Shown here: positions 56,638 through 64,000 of the stretch, piece after piece
Layout: each line of letters starts with the position of its first letter
How positions within the stretch are numbered: the first letter of the stretch is position 1
NCBI GenBank assembly: GCA_047635375.1
Contig: JBLIKP010000001.1
Coordinates: forward strand, 7,115-71,114
Source of the DNA: Sphingobacteriales bacterium
Lineage (GTDB): Bacteria; Bacteroidota; Bacteroidia; Sphingobacteriales; Sphingobacteriaceae
Direction of reading: 5' to 3'
DNA length: 64,000 nucleotides
Notes under the pieces: model-generated
What the model was told of the DNA's origin: nothing
What the model saw: the letters and a program-made list of their open reading frames with translations, nothing else
The model's database searches: none
Position numbers and translations under genes: made by a program

Positions 56638-58553
56638 ATAATTACACTTCCCATTTGCTTGCTTAACTCCATCTTTAATGTATTGAGTTTCATGTGCACC
56701 GTTTGGAATAGGGTAATGTCGTCCAATTTATTCGCTTCCCGAAGCTTGTCTTCATTGTCCTTCATCATCCCCAAAACTTTCTTCACTTTTAGATGAACCA
56801 AGGCACTCACTATGCTTTTCTCGATTTTTGAATCCATTTCTGGTACAAAAATATCGTGTTTCTCCCAGTTTTCACTAAGCACATACCTTGACGATAAAAT
56901 TGCCGTGGCAAGCATTCCCAATTTGTCATTTCCGCCGTCAGGGCGTAAAAGAATACTAGAATCTATGTTTTTATTTTCGTCAAGCGACTTTTTGCAGTGT
57001 GCCACAATATCCCGTAATTCTTCACTTTCAAAAACCACGTCTTCTAATTCTGCCATTATGTAATCTCCCACAGTTCCTTCTTCATCATAGGGCTCGTTAC
57101 CATAGTTTAAAAGCAGTCTAACCACTTCTTTCTCTTGCTCAAAATGGGACTCAGGTTTGCTTTCTTTAGGTTGAGAAGCCTCGGCCTCATAAAATTCAGG
57201 TGGATATTCCTCAGGCATAGGCTCCACATTGCGTGACCGATTTTTTTTGAATTCCTGAAGCTTCATTTTGTTGAGCTCAGAAATTAAAAGTCGTTCTTCA
57301 ATGTCTAGTAAACCAGAACATTGCTTAATAAATAGAGAGGCCTTTATGCTGTCTGGGATTTGAGCGATGCTACTCACAATGTCGCGAATAACCTCCGTGC
57401 GCTTAACTGGATCATCACCAGATTCTGCTAGGAGGAAACGCGTTTTGAAGACAATGAAATCGGTGCTTTCCTCGGTCATGAACTTCTCAAAGCCGGAGGT
57501 GCCCTTTTCTCTAATAAATGAGTCAGGGTCGTGGCCTTCGGGCAGAAGGGCTACTTTTACATTAAGACCCTCGTGTAAACAAAGATCAATTCCGCGTAAA
57601 GCGGCTTTAATACCTGCGGCATCACCGTCGTAAAGAATAGTAATGTTAGGCGTGAATCTTCTAATTAATCTAATCTGCCCTTCAGTTAACGACGTCCCTG
57701 ACGAGGCTACAACATTTTCAATTCCGTTTTGGTTAAGACTGATAACATCAGTGTATCCCTCCACTAAAAGGCAACGGTCGTGCTGCTTGATTGCCTTTTT
57801 CGCGAAATACATCCCATAAAGCACATTGCTTTTATGGTAAATAAGATTCTCCGGCGAGTTGACGTATTTGGGTGCTTTTTTATCCGTTTTCAGGATTCTA
57901 CCTGCAAGGGCGATTACCCTTCCCGTAAGGTTATGGATGGGGAAAATTACTCTTCCACGGTATCCATCATAGAATTTGCCTTCCTTGCCTCGCTTCGCTA
58001 AGCCTGCAGCCTCAAGAAACTCTTCTTTAAAACCTTGTTCAAGAGCATGGTCACTAAAGGCGGTCCAGCTGTCTGGGCTGTAGCCGAGATTAAATTTCTC
58101 AATTGTTGATTCTAGGAACCCACGTTCTTTAAAATAGGATAGGCCAATGTTTTTCCCCTCCGTAGATTTTGTCAACTTCTCCGAAAACCATTTCTGGGCA
58201 TGGCTTGTAAGAATCATTAAAGACTCTCTGTCGTCACGGTCCTGGATGTCAACTTCGGAATGGGTTTCCTCAACTTCAATATTATAGCGTTGAGCAATTT
58301 GTTTTAAGGCTTCAGGAAAGCTTAGCTGCTCATGCTCCATTAAGAAGCGAACAGAATCCCCACCTTGTCCGCAACCAAAGCATTTAAAGATGTTCTTTGC
58401 CGGACTTACCGTAAAAGAAGGAGTCTTTTCATTGTGAAAAGGACAAACTCCAAGCAGGTTGGTCCCACGCTTTTTTAATTCCACAAATTCTCCCACAACC
58501 TCTTCAATTAGGGCTGCATCGTATATTTTTTGTATAGTGTCTTGAGAAATCAA
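56634..58553 (-). CDS. dnaG: DNA primase
   Basis: 639 aa. Zinc finger CPFHNEKTPSFTVSPAKNIFKCFGCGQGGD and TOPRIM motifs EGYTDV...DGDAAG. The TTG start is forced (see findings). Confidence 0.95.
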   Translation of the reverse strand: MISQDTIQKIYDAALIEEVVGEFVELKKRGTNLLGVCPFHNEKTPSFTVSPAKNIFKCFGCGQGGDSVRFLMEHEQLSFPEALKQIAQRYNIEVEETHSEVDIQDRDDRESLMILTSHAQKWFSEKLTKSTEGKNIGLSYFKERGFLESTIEKFNLGYSPDSWTAFSDHALEQGFKEEFLEAAGLAKRGKEGKFYDGYRGRVIFPIHNLTGRVIALAGRILKTDKKAPKYVNSPENLIYHKSNVLYGMYFAKKAIKQHDRCLLVEGYTDVISLNQNGIENVVASSGTSLTEGQIRLIRRFTPNITILYDGDAAGIKAALRGIDLCLHEGLNVKVALLPEGHDPDSFIREKGTSGFEKFMTEESTDFIVFKTRFLLAESGDDPVKRTEVIRDIVSSIAQIPDSIKASLFIKQCSGLLDIEERLLISELNKMKLQEFKKNRSRNVEPMPEEYPPEFYEAEASQPKESKPESHFEQEKEVVRLLLNYGNEPYDEEGTVGDYIMAELEDVVFESEELRDIVAHCKKSLDENKNIDSSILLRPDGGNDKLGMLATAILSSRYVLSENWEKHDIFVPEMDSKIEKSIVSALVHLKVKKVLGMMKDNEDKLREANKLDDITLFQTVHMKLNTLKMELSKQMGSVII

Positions 58554-58834
58554 TTTTCTGGAATTAAGAAAAGTAAAGGTCTGAAAAAATTATGAAGTGA
58601 GGATAAGTAATTTACGGTTTAGTTTTAAATGCTTAATAATTATGCATTTACTTGAGGTAGGTGTTATTCTGCCTGAATTCAATTATATTTTTTTTATATA
58701 AAATGATCTGATAAATAGTTTGTCACATAAAAATGTTTTATATTTAAAAGCTCTGTAATAACGGGTCTAATAGCTTTAAACCTCCAATAAAGGATTGCCT
58801 GTTTTTTTAACTTAAAAGATTAAAAATTCAAAAA

Positions 58835-59755
58835 ATGAAAAAAATATTATTATTAGCCCTTGTAGCCATTTCTGGATTAAGTTTTGGTCAGACTGTTGCA
58901 ATCGAGATCTTCGACTTTAGTGGTGACTCTCATAATGCTGGTGATAATTCCGCCATTACTGCAACTCCAAGTGGTTTTGCCGAGTCTTGTGCGGTTACTT
59001 ATGAATGGACAATAACTCCTTTAACATATACATTTCCCACTATAGGCGGAGCAACAAACGCTGGTCCTCATCCGGGAACATTTAATGCTGCTGCCAGTTA
59101 TACAGTAAGCGTAATTGCAACTGGGAATGGTCTAGGTTGTGGTGCTCAAAGCGAAGGCCAAGAGGCTATTTCTTCGGAAACGATTCAAATCTTTGAAGAG
59201 GGAACTCCTGTAGTTATTGCTAGCCAATCTGCAATTATTAAAAAGGGTGTAACGCAATTATCTTGGTCTACTTTCTCAGAATTTAACAATGATTTCTTTT
59301 TAATTAAACGTTCTTCTGATGGTTTTAATTTCGAAGAAATTGGATCTGTGGTTGGGAAAGGAAATACAAAAATCACGCAGTACTATTCGTTTGAAGATAT
59401 GAACCCACTTGCTGGAGTTTCTTACTATCAAATTGTTCAATTTGATATGGATGGTTCAAGTATAGCATTGTCTGCATTACCAGTTAAGTATCTTAAAAAC
59501 AACTTAAATGTGGTTAAACTTTCTCCAAATCCTGTAAATGTAACTTCAGTTATTGATTTCGAAGCTGCATTCGAAGGAGGTGTTGAGCTTAAAGTTTTCG
59601 ACTTAATGGGAAGATCAGTAATCTCTCAATTAGTTCCTGTTGAAAAAGGATTGAACTCTGTTAATCTAGATATGTCATTCTTAAGCAATGGTTTATACCA
59701 AGTAAGCTTAACTGACGGTGTGAATAATGTAATTGAAAAAATTTACAAGAATTAA
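58835..59755 (+). CDS. small T9SS-secreted protein (one two-Cys Ig/PKD-like module + Fn3-like module + CTD)
   Basis: 306 aa. Signal peptide MKKILLLALVAISGLSFGQ. The CTD is SPNPVN...VFDLMGRSVIS...NGLYQVSL...KIYKN. Confidence 0.8.
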   Translation: MKKILLLALVAISGLSFGQTVAIEIFDFSGDSHNAGDNSAITATPSGFAESCAVTYEWTITPLTYTFPTIGGATNAGPHPGTFNAAASYTVSVIATGNGLGCGAQSEGQEAISSETIQIFEEGTPVVIASQSAIIKKGVTQLSWSTFSEFNNDFFLIKRSSDGFNFEEIGSVVGKGNTKITQYYSFEDMNPLAGVSYYQIVQFDMDGSSIALSALPVKYLKNNLNVVKLSPNPVNVTSVIDFEAAFEGGVELKVFDLMGRSVISQLVPVEKGLNSVNLDMSFLSNGLYQVSLTDGVNNVIEKIYKN

Positions 59756-59778
59756 TTAGTAGGTTTAATAAATTAGTA

Positions 59779-59816
59779 AACGCCCTTGGATTTAAAATCC
59801 AAGGGCGTTTTTTTTT
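59779..59816 (+). terminator. strong rho-independent terminator
   Basis: 14-bp perfect stem aacgcccttggatt (59779-59792) / aatccaagggcgtt (59796-59809) with a 3-nt loop, followed by a T-run to 59816. Confidence 0.9.
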
Positions 59817-59844
59817 AATTATTTTGTTAATAAACAAAATAATT
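59817..59844. repeat. perfect 12-4-12 palindrome aattattttgtt-aata-aacaaaataatt
   Basis: Read directly from the sequence. It lies between the terminator and the giant adhesin gene, about 80 nt upstream of ATG 59925. Confidence 0.9.
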
Positions 59845-59924
59845 ATACATTTAAGGTCGAATTTAATAATAGTTACCAAACACTATCCCACTTTGATGGT
59901 TTTTTTAAAAAATCAACTTCATAC

Positions 59925-62900
59925 ATGAAAAAATTCTTGCCTCCTTTAGTCTTGGGACTTATTTGCGTGTTTGGCTTTCTTGGCCCCATCGATGCCTCCG
60001 CCCAATCCACCAACCCTTCAGAATATTTCAATAATCCAGACAGTACGCTGTCGGCCGGCTTTGATTCGTTAATTTCTAAGACGTTTAAAGAAGTTCCCAG
60101 TGAAGATGAAATTTATACTTTAATAGAATCAGCTCAAGTTCTTATTCAGAACTATAAAATTGATTTAGAGGAGTTAACAGAGGATCAATTAGATTTCGTT
60201 ACCACAAGAATGCAAGCGTTAATAAACCAGGTTGATGGTAATACCTTGTTTATTGACGGTTTTTTAAAAGCAGCTGGTAGGGCGAATTTGAATTATATCT
60301 TAACCCCTAGATTAACTGTGTTAAATGATGTTTTACGTATTGAAATGCTAATTTCAAATACTGGAAAACCATTTTTTCTTGGAGATGCATCCTTTAATCT
60401 TGTGATTAGAAATTATAATGAATCTGACCAAACGCCAATTCAACTTACAGAAACTTATAGAAATCCTCAGTTTGATGGTGTATACACTTCTCAAAACTCT
60501 AACGACTACGATGAAATGTCGGCTGGGTTTAACCAAGCTAAGGGATTTGTTACCTATCAAATTAATTTGGGTAAAGATGAGGTTTACGAGGAGTTACAAG
60601 GTCTGCCTGTTAGAACTAACTTGGTAAATAATATAAGATTTATTGGAGAAGAGGTGCCTTCGGGAGTTTCAATAATTGGGGCTGTAGAAATTCCTATTAT
60701 TCAATCAGCTGGTAAAGTTTATGTTTCTTTTGATAAGAGTTCTTACATGTATCAATCCAAGCCTCTTTATCAAAATATTTATAATGAATTTAAAGCGCTT
60801 TCTTCCAATGTAAATTTAGGATCAATTCAAATCACGTCCTCCAATGTTGGTGAGCTTTGTTATGGTGAAAATGTAACCTTTACCTCCAACCGCCACGGTG
60901 GAAATCAATGGCAAATCACCAATGCCCTAGGAGAATGGGTAGATGTTGTTGGAGTTAAGGATAGAGCTTATTCAACAGACAGTTTAAAAGATGGACAAAA
61001 GGTAAGAGTTAGTACACCATTTGGTGATGACGGCAACGGTGGATTTACAACACACTTTTCAAATGAAATTTCTCATGCCATTATTACATTAAGTGCAGCT
61101 ATCGACGAAGTTGGTCCAGCATGTGTTAACGGAAATATTGAATATACAGCTTCCTATGGAAATGGGGATAGTTATTTATGGGAAGTTATCGCGCCAGAAT
61201 CTGCTTTTTCTTTGAATAACGGATTGGCTAACGAAACGTTAGATTTAAATTGGATTGACGCTGGGACTTTTAAAGTTGCCTTTACTCATTTTTCATCAAA
61301 CAGTGCCTTGAGCTGTGACCCTATTAGTGATACAATAACTCAAGTAATAAATCCAACCGTTACCGCAATAATTAACCCAGCTTTCGATTTGTGTGAAAAC
61401 GGGTCGCAAACCTATTCGGCAGTTGTGTCGGAAAGTGGTGATGAATATTCCTGGTCGTTTTCAGGTGAGGAAGGTATTGATTTTCAATATGAAAATTCGA
61501 CTAACCAAAATTCAACAAATCCTGAAATTACCTGGTTAACAAATGGTATTAAAACGATAAACTTAACCGTAAGTAACGTTTTAACCGGAGACCAATGTGG
61601 TCCTGCAATCGCGGAGGCTGTATCTCATGTGGTAAATGAAACTACTAATGCTGTTATTAATGAAACTGTATCACTGTGTGAAACAGGTATTGATACGTTA
61701 AAGGCATCGGTTGTTAATGTAGACAACTATAATTGGACAATCAGCGGAGTTGGAAACGTTGACTGGGAATTTACATCAGGAACCAATGCCGCTTCGGCTC
61801 AACCAATTGTAAAGTGGTTACAAGCGAATGAGTATTCAATCGGCTTAAGCCTAACAAACAGCAATTCAGGAAGTAATTGTAATGATTTTTCAGCAACTGG
61901 AGTAACTCAATTGGTAAACTCAGCGGTAACCGTTGAGCTAATTCAAATAGCTGATGTGTGCCAAACGGGTGAGGTAATCTATACGGCAAACACGCAGTTT
62001 GCCAATGCTTTTTCTTGGAATATTTCTGGAACTGAAAGTGAAGATTACGAGTATCTTGATGGAACAGATTCTACTTCAGAATCACCGAAATTATTATGGC
62101 ATTCAGAAGGTATTTATAATATTTTCCTTGCGGTTACAAATGAAGAAAGTGGCTTCGGATGTAATGTTTCGGTTTCAGAAACTTTGCAGCAAACCGTAAA
62201 CTCTAGTTTAGTGTCCAGCCTTAACCCAATAGACTCAATATGCCAAACCGGAGATATCACTTATTCAGCAACAACTGAAAATGCCGGGAAATACTCCTGG
62301 TCAATTAGTGGTATTGTCAATGAAGATTACGTTTTCATTAATGGAACAAACGATAATTCGGTATCTCCCCAAGTTAATTGGATATCAGAAGGAGAATTTG
62401 GAATAGGTGCCCTGGTTACTAATGTGAATTCGGGAAGCGGATGTACTTCTTTAATAATAGGAGACTCGAGCCAAAAAGTTTATCCATCGGTCTCTGTTCA
62501 AATAGATCCAATTGAGGAATTATGCAATACAGGAAGCCGAAATTATTCGGCCACGGTTCAAAATGGAATTGGTTATATCTGGACGGTTGTTGCGGAGGAG
62601 AGTGATTATTCATTCGAAAATGAAACGACCGCAAGTTCAAAAGAAATAGAGTTAACTTGGTTAAGCACTGGTGAATATACACTTTCACTTGAGGTAGCCA
62701 ATGTTTTTGATTTTGAAGGCTGTACTCCTCGATCGGACACTGTTTATCAAAGAGTAAATAATAAAGCCACAGCTACCTTAAATCCTTCCGTTGAAGTTTG
62801 TGAAACTGGCGAAGTAATTTATTCTGCCAATGTGAATTTTGGGGATGCTTACACGTGGTCGTTAATTAGTGGAGGTTCAGATGATTTCGAATTTGTCAAT

Positions 62901-64000
62901 GGAACTAATTCAAATTCCGAATCGCCTAATATTAAATGGCTGAAGGCAGGAATTTACGATGTTAATTTAATAGTAACAAGTCTTAGTCAAGGGGCTGGTT
63001 GTGATAATGCTGAGGATACCATTTCCCAAAATGTAAATGAGACAGCGACAGTTGTAATTGATTCTGTGTCGGATGTTTGTGAAGGAGGAGAGTTATTCTT
63101 TTCTGCCCAAGTTGAATATGGCGAAAATGGCTTATGGTCGTTTGGCGGATCAAATGCTGGTGAATTTGTAAATTCAACAAACGATTCCTCTGCAACACCA
63201 AATAGAAAATACACCCAAAAAGGAAATGCGTGGGCGAACTTAGTTGTCGAGACCATATATGAAGGGGCAGGTTGCATCGATGCTATATCTGATACCGTTT
63301 ATTTTGATGTTCATGAAGCGCCTTATGCATATATTACCCCGTTAAATTTGCGTTGCTTGGGTGATGCAGTTGCCTATTCTGTCCAGCTAGGCCATACGGA
63401 GGGATCTACCTTTGAATGGGGTATTTCAGGGATTGAAAATACGGATTATTCCTTCCTTCCTGGATATAACAATACTGGAGATACTACAATTGTTGTTTGG
63501 AATGCCGCCGACACTAGCGAGATCGTTTTAATTGCTACGGGTCCTAATCCTGGCGTTTTCTGCGTTGCTAGCAATCCTGATACATTAACCCAAATAATTA
63601 GAACAATTTCAGTTAGTATAAATCCAGTTGATGTTATTGAAATAGGAGATACGATTGAATTAGTTCCAGTTGCAGCAATTAGTGATGGGGATCCAACAAA
63701 CATAATTTACTCTTGGTCAAGTGATGTTAATAATTCTGAAATTGTTGATTCTACAGCCTCCAATGCTTTTGTTAGGCCAATGATTAATAATACAACGTAT
63801 ACTCTTAAGGTAGACAATGGCGAAGGTTGCTTTGCTTCCGCACAAATTCAAACACCTGTCAACATATTTGTCCAAGCAGATTTAAAGGTTATGCTTGAAG
63901 GTGCTTTTTTTGCTGCAGGTGATTCAATGACAAATGAATTAAGAACTGGAGAAACTGATTATTTATCGGAACAGTACGGATATGTTAGCCCTACCGATTT
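59925..64000 (+). CDS. giant cell-surface repeat protein (adhesin-like), N-terminal 1,358+ aa; the ORF continues past the right edge
   Basis: Absent from the ORF track because no stop codon lies in the window. I translated the frame by hand from ATG 59925 (MKKFLPPLVLGLICVFGFLGPIDASAQ, a signal peptide) to 64000 and found no stop. From about 61085 it consists of tandem modules of roughly 93 aa. Confidence 0.8.
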   Translation, partial: MKKFLPPLVLGLICVFGFLGPIDASAQSTNPSEYFNNPDSTLSAGFDSLISKTFKEVPSEDEIYTLIESAQVLIQNYKIDLEELTEDQLDFVTTRMQALINQVDGNTLFIDGFLKAAGRANLNYILTPRLTVLNDVLRIEMLISNTGKPFFLGDASFNLVIRNYNESDQTPIQLTETYRNPQFDGVYTSQNSNDYDEMSAGFNQAKGFVTYQINLGKDEVYEELQGLPVRTNLVNNIRFIGEEVPSGVSIIGAVEIPIIQSAGKVYVSFDKSSYMYQSKPLYQNIYNEFKALSSNVNLGSIQITSSNVGELCYGENVTFTSNRHGGNQWQITNALGEWVDVVGVKDRAYSTDSLKDGQKVRVSTPFGDDGNGGFTTHFSNEISHAIITLSAAIDEVGPACVNGNIEYTASYGNGDSYLWEVIAPESAFSLNNGLANETLDLNWIDAGTFKVAFTHFSSNSALSCDPISDTITQVINPTVTAIINPAFDLCENGSQTYSAVVSESGDEYSWSFSGEEGIDFQYENSTNQNSTNPEITWLTNGIKTINLTVSNVLTGDQCGPAIAEAVSHVVNETTNAVINETVSLCETGIDTLKASVVNVDNYNWTISGVGNVDWEFTSGTNAASAQPIVKWLQANEYSIGLSLTNSNSGSNCNDFSATGVTQLVNSAVTVELIQIADVCQTGEVIYTANTQFANAFSWNISGTESEDYEYLDGTDSTSESPKLLWHSEGIYNIFLAVTNEESGFGCNVSVSETLQQTVNSSLVSSLNPIDSICQTGDITYSATTENAGKYSWSISGIVNEDYVFINGTNDNSVSPQVNWISEGEFGIGALVTNVNSGSGCTSLIIGDSSQKVYPSVSVQIDPIEELCNTGSRNYSATVQNGIGYIWTVVAEESDYSFENETTASSKEIELTWLSTGEYTLSLEVANVFDFEGCTPRSDTVYQRVNNKATATLNPSVEVCETGEVIYSANVNFGDAYTWSLISGGSDDFEFVNGTNSNSESPNIKWLKAGIYDVNLIVTSLSQGAGCDNAEDTISQNVNETATVVIDSVSDVCEGGELFFSAQVEYGENGLWSFGGSNAGEFVNSTNDSSATPNRKYTQKGNAWANLVVETIYEGAGCIDAISDTVYFDVHEAPYAYITPLNLRCLGDAVAYSVQLGHTEGSTFEWGISGIENTDYSFLPGYNNTGDTTIVVWNAADTSEIVLIATGPNPGVFCVASNPDTLTQIIRTISVSINPVDVIEIGDTIELVPVAAISDGDPTNIIYSWSSDVNNSEIVDSTASNAFVRPMINNTTYTLKVDNGEGCFASAQIQTPVNIFVQADLKVMLEGAFFAAGDSMTNELRTGETDYLSEQYGYVSPTD
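61085..63605 (+). repeat. about 9 tandem in-frame modules of ~280 bp (~93 aa) encoding two-cysteine Ig/PKD-like domains
   Basis: The recurrent pattern is V(N)xxxxxxIxPxxxxCxxGxxxYSAxxxxxxxYxWxISGxxxxDYxFxNGTxxxSxxPxIxWxxxGxYxIxLxVTNxxSGxGCxxxxSxTxxQxVN. Examples are ...ADVCQTGEVIYTANTQFANAFSWNISG... and ...IDSICQTGDITYSATTENAGKYSWSISG... The copies are strongly diverged at the DNA level. Confidence 0.7.

Noticed and set aside
61085-63605. A tandem repeat region as a CRISPR array or satellite.
   Set aside because: The units are about 280 bp, in frame, highly diverged at the DNA level and conserved only at the protein level, so these are protein domain repeats. I recognised no cas genes and no short direct repeats with spacers anywhere in the window.
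61771-63703. Five 72-96-aa minus-strand ORFs listed in the track (61771-61989, 62419-62688, 62983-63201, 62987-63277, 63446-63703).
   Set aside because: They are antisense to the uninterrupted + frame of the giant repeat protein that starts at 59925. The track omits that gene only because it has no stop codon inside the window.
1-64000. A mobile element, prophage, defence island or toxin-antitoxin content.
   Set aside because: I recognised no integrase, transposase, recombinase, restriction-modification, Cas, abortive-infection or TA-like proteins. No flanking direct repeats or tRNA genes were seen. Housekeeping genes are interspersed throughout the window.

Overview
This is a 64-kb, AT-rich, tightly packed chromosomal segment. 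GC content was judged by eye and not computed. It looks like a Bacteroidota (Flavobacteriia-like) genome: at least five proteins end in type IX secretion (T9SS) C-terminal sorting domains, one gene encodes a PorV/PorQ-like barrel, and at least one promoter fits the Bacteroidetes -33 TTTG / -7 TAnnTTTG pattern. I count about 50 protein-coding genes. Two are cut by the window edges and so are missing from the ORF track: an M28-type peptidase at 1-434 (-) and a giant repeat adhesin that starts at 59925 (+). There are about ten hairpin terminators. I recognised no rRNA, tRNA, CRISPR array, transposase, integrase or obvious defence gene. Housekeeping genes: rpiB-tatC, accC-accB, fabH-plsX-rpmF-yceD, pdxA, rsmA, greA, HIT, ruvC, rnhB, plsY, prmA-tpiA, L31 (type B), gcvT, pabB, nif3 plus a zinc-ribbon partner, dcd, a PPTase and dnaG. 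Surface and accessory genes fall into six groups. (1) An operon at 9773-18229 encodes an oversized plug-containing barrel, a roughly 1,230-aa CTD-bearing secreted protein of no family I can name, and a PorV/PorQ-like barrel. (2) An operon at 19773-22935 encodes an MprF-like flippase-domain protein, a processive GT2 and an orphan DppC-like permease, followed by a GAF-PP2C phosphatase. (3) A small Wzx / Wzz / O-antigen-ligase-like / GT4 cassette sits at 24232-29549. (4) Three paralogous M43-type metalloproteases carry T9SS CTDs, two of them beside an amidohydrolase lipoprotein and a Na+/dicarboxylate-amino-acid symporter. (5) A 1,465-aa orphan secreted protein is embedded in a housekeeping operon. 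(6) A small T9SS protein precedes a giant adhesin with about 9 tandem two-cysteine Ig/PKD-like modules. My best candidate for an undescribed system is the operon at 9773-18229, possibly a cargo protein with its own CTD-binding barrel and a TonB-type barrel. All family calls come from motif recognition by eye. No database or structure search was run.
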